A DNA stretch of 64,000 nt. Origin: a virus (Duplodnaviria > Caudoviricetes). Where the stretch lies: IMG/VR virus record IMGVR_UViG_3300049740_002155; one strand, 5' to 3'. Positions within the stretch are counted from its first letter, which is position 1, and the number at the start of each line of letters is the position of its first letter. A program made the translations under genes and the position numbers. Below are positions 27,843 through 36,634 of this stretch, piece by piece. The notes below the pieces were generated by a model. The model was given only the letters and a program-made list of their open reading frames with translations. It made no database searches and was not told the origin of the DNA.

Positions 27843-28451
27843 ATGTCGAGCAAAATTTTTTTGATATGCACTGGTTTATTGATTGTATGTAATTTATTTG
27901 CTAATCGGTACTACCCGCAAATCTCAGATTTTCTCTGCGGATGTAAATATTGCGAGAGTGTTAATAAACACGAACCACTAGATATTGGTATTCATTTCTC
28001 AAGATGTTTATCTCGTAACAAACAATTTCAGAAAACAATGAATATCTTGAATGAAAGCAAACCCGATCCATTTGGCATTCCAGCAAGAGATATGTTACCC
28101 GATCCTTCGAGGAAAAATTTTTCGGAAGAACCTAAAAATGTTCATAAGGTAGATACTACTATTAAAGAACCTAAACTTAGTATTATTGACGATCCATACA
28201 ATGACTATGAATGGAGATATATTGATAATCACGGATGGACTTATTCAACTACTATTCAAAGTTCCACTCATGATACATGGATATATCGTGAAGATTTGGG
28301 ATGGGTATTCAGTTTCGGTTTCGAGCAAAATTTTTTATATAGTGAAGAACACGGATGGTTTTATTCAATGCGATATAATGACCGTTATATACTATATTGG
28401 TATGACCGTAAATATTGGTTATATGCCCACGATTTTTGGTGGAAGAAATAG
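27843..28451 (+). CDS. membrane-anchored protein with Trp/Tyr-rich HGW repeats
   Basis: N-terminal hydrophobic segment; NHGWTY, WIYREDLGWVF, EEHGWFY. Confidence 0.65.
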   Translation: MSSKIFLICTGLLIVCNLFANRYYPQISDFLCGCKYCESVNKHEPLDIGIHFSRCLSRNKQFQKTMNILNESKPDPFGIPARDMLPDPSRKNFSEEPKNVHKVDTTIKEPKLSIIDDPYNDYEWRYIDNHGWTYSTTIQSSTHDTWIYREDLGWVFSFGFEQNFLYSEEHGWFYSMRYNDRYILYWYDRKYWLYAHDFWWKK

Positions 28452-28454
28452 TAT

Positions 28455-29500
28455 ACAATGATTCACTCAAAAGAAATAAATGCTTGCTTTCGCAACCATT
28501 TGATTTCTTCTTCTTTCATCATATTATATAGCCGTGTTTTTTGCCCCACCCAATTACCCATAAAATGCGACTAGATATGGCCTGAAAAAGTTATATAAAT
28601 TTTTGCGGAAATAATGTATAATAGTAATAGTAATAGCTATACAAGTAATAGTAATGATAAAGTAGATAATATACGCATAATGCATAATAGTATAGGTAAT
28701 AGTAATATAGGTAATATAAACAAAATAGTAATAGTATCGTCTAACCTGTCTATAAATGCTAAATGCGTATAACATCAGGCTAGTTGCCCCCACGCATCAA
28801 CTGAGTATAATATTCATTATCATTCATATCATCAACTAACATCAATTATCATATACTTTGAATAACCTGATATAATAGTAATAATACGAGTATAGGTAAT
28901 AGACGAACAAGACTTTATTTAGGTAGGGTTATATGTCCCCAAAAATACCTTTTAACCTTGTATGCATGATAAACCTTGTATTATAGGTGTCAAATGCGTT
29001 CTTGGTGTCAAGGTGTATGTATTGATAGGTATATACATTTATTTATGTATAATATAATAGCTTACTGCTTACAAGAGGTGACAGCCTGCCATGCCCCCAA
29101 AAACAGCAAGGGGTTTCTCGCAGAGGCAACCAAATTATGCCATAGCTACTCATAGCAAAAAACACTATTGCTGTCAAGCCATTTCATACACATCCCTTAT
29201 TACTATTACTATTACTAATGATAATATGCATTGCCCCCACTAGCAACGGCCTGTATAAAGCAATTAGCACCTACGAAAAATAATTGCTGATATTCATTAC
29301 CTACACAAAATACTGAATACTAGCAACTTACACAAGGCCGTTAAATATTTTTTCTAGGTGCATATTATTTGCAGTAGGTGCTGGTTGCTATTATACTATA
29401 CTATTACTATGATGTACTTCATTACTATTACTATTACTTATAGCTTTACTATTATCATTATTATGAGTTGACTTTTCGCAAAAAATTTGGTACAATCATG
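28455..29500. repeat. ~1 kb non-coding low-complexity region with mirrored (TAATAG)n/(CTATTA)n arms and short direct repeats
   Basis: no credible ORF; AACCTTGTAT x2, GGTGTCAA x2, GCCCC(C)A boxes. Confidence 0.7.
29468..29496 (+). promoter_or_regulatory. sigma70-type promoter
   Basis: TTGACT-17-(TGG)TACAAT. Confidence 0.75.
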
Positions 29501-29571
29501 GGATTGTGGGAGGGGCCAAAGCTACACCCAAAATAGACTTCATTTTTCTTGATAAATTTATATTTATAAAA

Positions 29572-30279
29572 ATGGACAATTACGAAAATGCAATGCAATA
29601 TATTAACGAACAAGAAGCAACTGATATATCATATGTTAAAGTAGGTGATAATAACAAAAAACTGATCGTTTCCTTTGCAAGCAATGAACATCGTGGATTT
29701 GAAAGAAAAACCTCATTGATGACCTTGAAATACGAACACAATAACTTTGATGTATTGTATTTAAGAAATCAGTTTAAATGGTATCTCGATGGTTTAAACG
29801 GAATTGGAAAAAACATTAATTGTACCATTGAGTTTCTTAAAAAAGAATTTAGTAAATACGATAAAGTTTGTTGTGTAGGTAATAGTGCAGGAGGTTTTGC
29901 AAGTTTATTATTTGGAAGTTTGCTGAATGCAAATAAAGTAATTACTGTTAGTGCTCAAACTGATGTGCAATATTGTGCTGATAATTTACCCAATGATGCA
30001 TTCGGTAAAAGTAACTTAATTAAAATATCCGAGAAATGTCCGATTACTTGGAATAAATACAATAAAATAGCAAGTGTATTAAACAATGCTATTACATATC
30101 ATGTATATTATAGAGGTGATGCGTTTTGGAATAAACGGAATGAATTGAGAAATAGTCCTGAGCCTAAGGTTCTTCACGGAGACTATCACTACGACCTAAT
30201 CAAACATTGTCCGAGTGTAAGTAAATTTGATTCGAAGCCGGATGTTCATCCACTTATAGAAAAGTTCCTCGAAGAATAA
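29572..30279 (+). CDS. alpha/beta-hydrolase fold protein
   Basis: GNSAGG nucleophile elbow; ATATTTAT-N4-ATG start. Confidence 0.65.
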   Translation: MDNYENAMQYINEQEATDISYVKVGDNNKKLIVSFASNEHRGFERKTSLMTLKYEHNNFDVLYLRNQFKWYLDGLNGIGKNINCTIEFLKKEFSKYDKVCCVGNSAGGFASLLFGSLLNANKVITVSAQTDVQYCADNLPNDAFGKSNLIKISEKCPITWNKYNKIASVLNNAITYHVYYRGDAFWNKRNELRNSPEPKVLHGDYHYDLIKHCPSVSKFDSKPDVHPLIEKFLEE

Positions 30280-30296
30280 AGTTTTTATAATAATCT

Positions 30297-30325
30297 TGAC
30301 AAATTATAAAAACAACGTTACACTC
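30297..30325 (+). promoter_or_regulatory. sigma70-type promoter with no adjacent ORF
   Basis: TTGACA-17-TACACT followed by GGAGTGGGAGGGTGGG. Confidence 0.6.
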
Positions 30326-30619
30326 TAAGGAGTGGGAGGGTGGGTTACATATAAGTTATTCGGAAGTCAAAAAAAGTACCAAATGTTTTTGCAATGAATA
30401 CGACAGTTGAAAATCATCGCAAAGCATAACCATGTACTATATTACGCAAACTGGTGCATACGCACATTGTGAATTAAATTTTCAAATTAGAAATTATATT
30501 CTGGTTATTATACTGGTTATAGCTCATATTCAAAATTGAAATTAAAAATGCTGTTGTGCTTCGTGTGCTCTGCATAAAGTATTTGACTAATACCAATTTA
30601 TATTATAATATATAGTAAT

Positions 30620-30817
30620 ATGAAAAATGTGATATTAAATGTTTTAAAGAAATACTCGGATATGCAACTCAATTTAGAAAGCAAGGCTGCTCAACAGTTT
30701 CTGGCAAACAAAATAAATGAAGCACTATTAACTGAGATTAGAAAACAAAAACCTAAAGAGTGTAATGTTGCTGATATAAACCATGAATCGTTAACGGATA
30801 TGTTTCATCGTTCATGA
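30620..30817 (+). CDS. hypothetical protein
   Basis: 65 aa; TTGACT(30583)-17-TAATAT 8 nt before ATG. Confidence 0.6.
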   Translation: MKNVILNVLKKYSDMQLNLESKAAQQFLANKINEALLTEIRKQKPKECNVADINHESLTDMFHRS

Positions 30818-30891
30818 TAACCTATTTTGCTATTGCTATGTGTGCTTTGATGTTGTGTTGTTTGGTGTACGATTTGTTTTTTCATGATTGA
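30814..30891 (+). CDS. 25-aa hydrophobic micropeptide
   Basis: MITYFAIAMCALMLCCLVYDLFFHD, ATGA-coupled. Confidence 0.5.
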   Translation: MITYFAIAMCALMLCCLVYDLFFHD

Positions 30892-31051
30892 TTTTAGTGA
30901 TCCGGTATTTTACTGCATTATATTGCTGATGTGTGTGTATGCTTATATCGGAGGAAAATGGTTGGACAACCGTAATAAGATACATAACGATAAATTGAAA
31001 GAAGAAGAACGTAAAAATCGCATAAAAGAATTTAAGTCGGAAAAAATATAA
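30884..31051 (+). CDS. 55-aa single-pass membrane protein
   Basis: MIDFSDPVFYCIILLMCVYAYIGGKWL plus charged tail; overlaps previous stop. Confidence 0.6.
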   Translation: MIDFSDPVFYCIILLMCVYAYIGGKWLDNRNKIHNDKLKEEERKNRIKEFKSEKI

Positions 31052-31083
31052 AGTACTGATAATACGCAACTTACGAAAAAAAC

Positions 31084-31572
31084 GTGAATTCTCCAAAAAA
31101 ATTAAAAACGTATAATATCACATATCGTGAACATGAACATAATCCAATTAGTAACAAAACGGTTACCTATAAAGCAAATACTGCACAAGAAGCAGAAGAA
31201 CTTTTTTATGCTGATTATCCTGAACAAAAAGAACGCACTTATATAGAAATACATTCTCCACTAAGCAATTACCAAATTGACCACGACAATGAAAAAATTG
31301 CGGAAATACCAAAAGATACTAACATGAAAAAAATTAATATACTAAACGTATTCAAAACTGTAAATGAGTATGTACAACAAATAACAATGCTTATTATAGG
31401 ACTTATACCATTGCTATTATTAGGAGTCGTTATATTCGGTGATAATTTCTTTTTAGGCAATGTAGTAGTATATAACATACAGAACATACTAGATAGCATG
31501 GCTGGATTTGTAGGGTTAGTCACACTTATACTCATTGTATACTTTTATAGTCGCACTACCTCAAGCAAATAA
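31084..31572 (+). CDS. soluble N-terminal module fused to two-TM membrane module
   Basis: internal MKKINILN start near 31324; ..VIFGDNFFLGNVV..AGFVGLVTLILI. Confidence 0.55.
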   Translation: MNSPKKLKTYNITYREHEHNPISNKTVTYKANTAQEAEELFYADYPEQKERTYIEIHSPLSNYQIDHDNEKIAEIPKDTNMKKINILNVFKTVNEYVQQITMLIIGLIPLLLLGVVIFGDNFFLGNVVVYNIQNILDSMAGFVGLVTLILIVYFYSRTTSSK

Positions 31573-31659
31573 TCTCGCATACTCTTCCCACAAAATAAGT
31601 TATTATAATATTTATAATAACAAGGTCATATACGGCCTGTTATTTGTGGGAGAAAAAAT

Positions 31660-31764
31660 GTGGAAGATCTAAAAGATACTTTAATAGGTATAGCTATATT
31701 CGTAGTAGGAATACTAATCATCAATTATGTAGTTAAGTTCATAGGATTATTTATGTGCAACTAA
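31660..31764 (+). CDS. 34-aa hydrophobic micropeptide
   Basis: GTG start, EDLKDTLIGIAIFVVGILIINYVVKFIGLFMCN; GGGAG upstream. Confidence 0.45.
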   Translation: MEDLKDTLIGIAIFVVGILIINYVVKFIGLFMCN

Positions 31765-31824
31765 TCATTAGTATATATAATAGTATAATTTCTAGTAAAA
31801 TTAGTTTTTATAATATTTATAGGT

Positions 31825-31944
31825 ATGCGTAACTATATAACACCAGTACAACAGCCATTACTAAATAAAAAAACACTAAAAGTAAGTAAAAAAGCACTAT
31901 TAATAACAAGTGTACTAGTAGTAGCAGTATTGTGTAGTGGATAA
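31825..31944 (+). CDS. 39-aa basic/hydrophobic micropeptide
   Basis: ATATTTAT-N4-ATG; ...KKALLITSVLVVAVLCSG. Confidence 0.5.
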   Translation: MRNYITPVQQPLLNKKTLKVSKKALLITSVLVVAVLCSG

Positions 31945-32269
31945 TATAGGTATAATACTACTTAATACGATACTAATTTTTATTTTGCTTTATTCGGTTA
32001 GTGTTATAGTAGCATTGGTATATTAGTAGAACTACTAACATAAGTGGCTAACTTTTTTTTGTAACCAGAAAGCGAAACCGCCGAAAAACCGCCGGGCAGA
32101 CCTACTCTTGTGTGGATGACCATTTTTTTGTCAGATCTTTACTATACAAAAAACGTGACATCTAAAAAATGTTTTTTTGCCCGAAAAACCAAAAAATTAA
32201 AATGATAAATTTTTTTCTGAGGAATTTACTATGTGATTATTCAAGAAAAAGTAAATATTTATATACTAT

Positions 32270-32500
32270 ATGAAAAAATCGGAAAGTATAAATGAAGATT
32301 ATGTAATGGTATTGCACAATCCCGAACAAAATACCTATGACTACTTAATATATCGTGTATTAGACATCAGTTATATCAATGACAACAAAGTAGTAAACAT
32401 ACAACATCGCACCAAGAACAATCAATTAAACCGTCTTATTATGCCGTATCATATTTTCTTGGGACTTATAGAAGAAGATATTCTAACCAGATTACAATAA
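32270..32500 (+). CDS. hypothetical protein
   Basis: 76 aa, ATATTTAT-N7-ATG. Confidence 0.55.
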   Translation: MKKSESINEDYVMVLHNPEQNTYDYLIYRVLDISYINDNKVVNIQHRTKNNQLNRLIMPYHIFLGLIEEDILTRLQ

Positions 32501-32501
32501 T

Positions 32502-32897
32502 ATGAAGATATTAAACGGAAATAGGTACTTTGATAAAGACGATGTATCAGAACTCAAAAAGAAAAGCATTTATTTTGTGTCAAATAACCCGTCAAATGAG
32601 TATGATTTCATATATTCATTGGAAAAAGATGAATTAGATACCTTAATTGAAGGTATTACTGCAATGAATAACACTATAATGTGGGAATTTTTACAAGAAA
32701 CTGCGATTAACATGACTAAAATTGAGAAATGTTACAAAACTTTGCGTGTATATAGAACCAATAAAATATCATTTGACGAATTTAGAAACATACCAGCAGA
32801 CCAAGTAACCAGTTATTGTGTAGCAAAATACGAAAATTGGTTAAAAAACATCGGACAAGACATTTTTCTCAACTTTTTTGTGGAATACAAAATATAA
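32502..32897 (+). CDS. hypothetical protein
   Basis: 131-aa ORF. Confidence 0.55.
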   Translation: MKILNGNRYFDKDDVSELKKKSIYFVSNNPSNEYDFIYSLEKDELDTLIEGITAMNNTIMWEFLQETAINMTKIEKCYKTLRVYRTNKISFDEFRNIPADQVTSYCVAKYENWLKNIGQDIFLNFFVEYKI

Positions 32898-32932
32898 GTT
32901 AAAAAAACTAATCTTACTTCATATATATATTT

Positions 32933-33253
32933 ATGATAAATTTACTTGGATTCGGTAAAAACAAACCCAAAGGCATCAAAGTGACGATTGAGTATTGTCC
33001 TAAGAATGTTACTTTACCGTATAAAGTAAAAAAGTTAATAAATCAAGCATCATTACAAGTTCCTTCTTCTAAAGTTGATAATTCTAAGAAAGATCCTTTT
33101 AATTTTGCCGAAAAGACTGTGCGTGTTGGTGAGTTTCTAAATGAATACCAAGTTCAGCATTTAGTTGATAAAGCACGTGAAAACACAAATGAGTTTGAAA
33201 GTATCGAGATAGTAGAAAGAGAATCATCAGGACCTGAAATTCTTATTGATTGA
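32933..33253 (+). CDS. hypothetical protein, paralog family member 1 (distant)
   Basis: VRVGEFL motif resembling VSVGDR in neighbours. Confidence 0.55.
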   Translation: MINLLGFGKNKPKGIKVTIEYCPKNVTLPYKVKKLINQASLQVPSSKVDNSKKDPFNFAEKTVRVGEFLNEYQVQHLVDKARENTNEFESIEIVERESSGPEILID

Positions 33254-33258
33254 TTTTT

Positions 33259-33552
33259 ATGAATAAAATAGTAAAAGTACATCTTACCCGTTATGTAGGA
33301 GAACATCCTATTGCTATAAATACACCTGATCGTGTATATGAAATTGCGGAAATGGAAAATGCAGTAGTAGTTAATGTTAATAAACAAGCAAAACTGGAAT
33401 ACGGAGAAGGAACTCAAATAGAAGTTAGTGTAGGAGATAGATTAAGTAAACAACAAGCAGTACAAATAGCGAATACTTATGAAACTACTTTAATTGCTAT
33501 ATCATCAGATAATAATACTTCTACTGAGCATGGCTCATTATTAAAAGGTTAA
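33259..33552 (+). CDS. hypothetical protein, paralog family member 2
   Basis: LTRYVGEHP, EIAEMENAV, VSVGDRL. Confidence 0.6.
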   Translation: MNKIVKVHLTRYVGEHPIAINTPDRVYEIAEMENAVVVNVNKQAKLEYGEGTQIEVSVGDRLSKQQAVQIANTYETTLIAISSDNNTSTEHGSLLKG

Positions 33553-33596
33553 ATAGTTATTGACTAATTTTTGGGGACATTATATAATTCCCTATC

Positions 33597-33854
33597 ATGT
33601 TTAATAGTAAATCATCAGAAGGCACTACATATGTGTATTTAAAAAGATATGTAAAAAGTCATCCTACTGCTATGCTGGCTAGTGATGCTCACTTTGAAAT
33701 TATGAAAATTGAAAATGGTGTATGCTTTGAAATAAACAAAAACTCAGGATCAAAGCCTAAGATAGTTAGTGTAGGAGATAGAGTAAATATAAATCAAGCA
33801 TATGAAATCTCTTTAGAAGCAAACTGCATTGTAGAACCTGTGTATCCTAACTAA
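33597..33854 (+). CDS. hypothetical protein, paralog family member 3
   Basis: LKRYVKSHP, EIMKIENGV, VSVGDRV; TTGACT(33560)-17-TATAAT promoter. Confidence 0.6.
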   Translation: MFNSKSSEGTTYVYLKRYVKSHPTAMLASDAHFEIMKIENGVCFEINKNSGSKPKIVSVGDRVNINQAYEISLEANCIVEPVYPN

Positions 33855-33937
33855 GTGGTATACATCAATTTTTTGGGGGAATATTTACCCAACCTACATA
33901 ATAATTCTAAATTATAAAAAAATTATAAAAATAGATG

Positions 33938-33966
33938 TTGACGTTGAGAAGGTATTATGGTAAGAT
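33938..33966 (+). promoter_or_regulatory. sigma70-type promoter of rIIA
   Basis: TTGACG-17-(TGG)TAAGAT. Confidence 0.75.
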
Positions 33967-34101
33967 GATATCATAATGAGAAATACGAGAGAGATAGAAA
34001 ATCATTTTTTTCTAAGAACTATAATATAACTATAATAAATCGTAGACCTTATTCAGATTCTATTAAACCACTAACATATATTACATCAACTATCATCTAT
34101 T

Positions 34102-36360
34102 ATGCAAGTTAAGACAGCTCCTAACGTAGTAAGTAACACATTACCTAATACTACTCAGTATTCAATTAAAGCATCAGCAAAAGCATTTAAGATATTAAGT
34201 GATGGTTTATATAGTGACAAAATAGCTGCTCCTATTCGTGAGTTATCTACTAACGCATATGATGCTCACGTAGCCAAAGGTAATACTCATACACCTTTTG
34301 ATGTACACCTGCCTTCTGTAGCAGAGCCTTGGTTTGCTATTAGGGATTATGGTATTGGTATGAGCAAGCAAGAACTTGAAACTACTTATACTACTTACTT
34401 TGATAGCAACAAAACTCATAGCAACGACTTTGTGGGTTGTATGGGATTAGGAAGTAAAACTCCTTTTACTCTTAGTGATGCCTTTACGGTTACTTCTGTA
34501 AAAAACGGCAAGAAGACTACGGTTATCAATTACTTGGACGAGGATGTCCCAAATTTTTCTATCATCTCTGAGGAGAACACCGATGAAACATCTGGTACTG
34601 AAATCAAGTTTACTCCTTCTGAAGCAAATACCTACGATAAACTTCGTGAGTCTGCACAACGCATTCTTGGTTACTTTGATGTAACTCCGAATCTCACTAT
34701 CGGATCAACTAAAGAAGAAGTTAAAGTTCCTACCAAGAGACTTGAAGGAAAAGATTGGTATTATGTAGATTCACAACTTGCTTACTCTGATTCTATTATT
34801 CTTATGGGTAATGTTGCTTATCCTTTTAACTTCTCTGATGTTTCTGATGACTTTGAGAAAAAACACGGATGGAGCAACACTTACGAATATCGTAGACTGG
34901 TTAGCAATCTTGTATTTCGTGTTCCTATCGGTAACTTGGATATTACCGCAAGTCGTGAAGAAATCGGTTGGACAAGTGAAGGTCGTGAATACATGGTTAA
35001 TTTCGTTGAACGTGTTAACAACGAAATTAAGGATATAATGAACGAGCAATTAAATAAATGTGAGAACTTTTGGGATGCTCGTATTCTTTTTAATAGTATG
35101 GTTGGTTACAACGAAGAATACTACTCTGACATTGATCGTAACGGAAGTGGAAGCATTGGACACTTCAAGTGGACTGAACAACTATCGTGGAATGGAATAG
35201 ATGTATCTGAACGATACGGTGATGTTTCCAAGAATCCTAATCTTCAAAAAATGGAGTATCGTTTGTTTTGGTTGGGTTACGCAAAACGCAATCGGTATAG
35301 TAGTGGTGATAAGGTAAATCGTAGAAGTGATGTGAATGGTATTCTTCCGTTTGATGCCGAGGTTGAGTTTTTTCAAAATGATCTTCCGACTGGAAGTGTT
35401 AGTCGTGTAAATCATTATGTTCGTGAGAACAATCAAAAAGTAGTTCTTGTGTTTGATAAGTTTTCCAACAAAGAACGTAAGTATCTGAAACTCATTGGTT
35501 ATCCTTCTAAAGTTCGCAAAACTTCTGAATTAGAGAAACCTACGGTTAATCGTACTACATCCACTAAAACCAAAGGAACAATTATTGCTTGCAAGAAGAT
35601 TGATGATTGTGGGTGGAATCATGCGTGTAATTTCTCATCTGATGAAGAACTTCTATTAAACTCAAAGAAAACCATTTATTATGTTCCGATTCGTAATTGG
35701 AAAATTATTCATAAGAACGATGAGTATCATAATTCTCGTCACCTTGAGCAACTTCTTAAAAGGGTTACTGGACAAGATGAAGTGGACATTTATGGAATTA
35801 AGATTGGGCAAACCAAGAAATTATCCAAGTATGAAAACTTCAAGAATGTATTTGATGTAATTTCCGAATACATTGTTTCTTCGTTTGAAAACAAAACTGG
35901 TTCTCTTTATGAAAGTATTACCGCAAGAAAGTTTGATCACTTCAAAACTACACATTCTTACAAAACGGTACTTAATATCATTGATAATCGTGTTTTCAAA
36001 CGAGTTTGTGTTCTTCTCAAGCAATCTGGTAACGATGAATTGGTAAAAGAACTTTTCAAGATTCGTAGAATTATATCTATCAATCGTGATGCTTCCAAGA
36101 ATATATCTGAAGAAGATAATGGATTTGCCAATGACTTTGGAAACTTTGCAAGATACACTCGTAGTTTTGATGATAATAGTCTTACTTCATACTTTGCTTG
36201 TAAGGTGTCATACGAACTCAAGAACATCTATTCTATGCTTTCTAAAGAGTATCCTATGGTAAGGTATATGGGAAATGCTTTAGAGGGTTCTGGTAACTAC
36301 ACCAACGCAATGAACAATCTTGTAGAATACATGGAATTGATAAATTCCACTAAAAAGTAA
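34102..36360 (+). CDS. rIIA: rIIA-like protein (GHKL/Hsp90-type ATPase N-terminus)
   Basis: LSDGLYSDK.AAPIRELSTNAYDAH, IRDYGIGM, GCMGLGSKTPF, GTEIKF; followed by rIIB-like gene. Confidence 0.85.
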   Translation: MQVKTAPNVVSNTLPNTTQYSIKASAKAFKILSDGLYSDKIAAPIRELSTNAYDAHVAKGNTHTPFDVHLPSVAEPWFAIRDYGIGMSKQELETTYTTYFDSNKTHSNDFVGCMGLGSKTPFTLSDAFTVTSVKNGKKTTVINYLDEDVPNFSIISEENTDETSGTEIKFTPSEANTYDKLRESAQRILGYFDVTPNLTIGSTKEEVKVPTKRLEGKDWYYVDSQLAYSDSIILMGNVAYPFNFSDVSDDFEKKHGWSNTYEYRRLVSNLVFRVPIGNLDITASREEIGWTSEGREYMVNFVERVNNEIKDIMNEQLNKCENFWDARILFNSMVGYNEEYYSDIDRNGSGSIGHFKWTEQLSWNGIDVSERYGDVSKNPNLQKMEYRLFWLGYAKRNRYSSGDKVNRRSDVNGILPFDAEVEFFQNDLPTGSVSRVNHYVRENNQKVVLVFDKFSNKERKYLKLIGYPSKVRKTSELEKPTVNRTTSTKTKGTIIACKKIDDCGWNHACNFSSDEELLLNSKKTIYYVPIRNWKIIHKNDEYHNSRHLEQLLKRVTGQDEVDIYGIKIGQTKKLSKYENFKNVFDVISEYIVSSFENKTGSLYESITARKFDHFKTTHSYKTVLNIIDNRVFKRVCVLLKQSGNDELVKELFKIRRIISINRDASKNISEEDNGFANDFGNFARYTRSFDDNSLTSYFACKVSYELKNIYSMLSKEYPMVRYMGNALEGSGNYTNAMNNLVEYMELINSTKK

Positions 36361-36493
36361 TATCAATGGATACTAACAAGTCGATGGAAAGTTTTTTTTG
36401 ATTTCGCATGAAATTAAAAAAAAGTTGACGAGAGACGTTTTATGAGGTATTATTATAATAATTAAATTTAACTAAAAGGAAATATATATAATT

Positions 36494-36634
36494 ATGAAAG
36501 CATCACAACATTGGAAACATCGTTTAAAGAAAAAGTTTGGAATGGGAAAGCAAGCAAAACTTGCTAAGAAATACAAATATGTTCAAATTGAATCAACAAG
36601 AAGAATCAACGAAAGGGAAGCACAAGAACAATGA
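36494..36634 (+). CDS. 46-aa basic protein
   Basis: SD AAGGA; promoter TTGACG(36425)-17-TATTAT. Confidence 0.55.
   Translation: MKASQHWKHRLKKKFGMGKQAKLAKKYKYVQIESTRRINEREAQEQ

Noticed and set aside
28554-28793. 79-aa minus-strand ORF (Ile/Thr/Tyr-rich)
   Set aside because: It is the translation of the (CTATTA)n low-complexity repeat, with no credible start context.
28455-29500. Stop-codon reassignment (TAG read-through) to explain the TAG-rich gap
   Set aside because: Long conserved genes are intact in code 11 and TAG terminates clear genes (dnaK 47279, infA 39678, 17583, 28451); the gap is also rich in TAA.
30836-31096. 86-aa minus-strand ORF
   Set aside because: It is antisense to two coupled + strand membrane peptides that fit the local gene order better.
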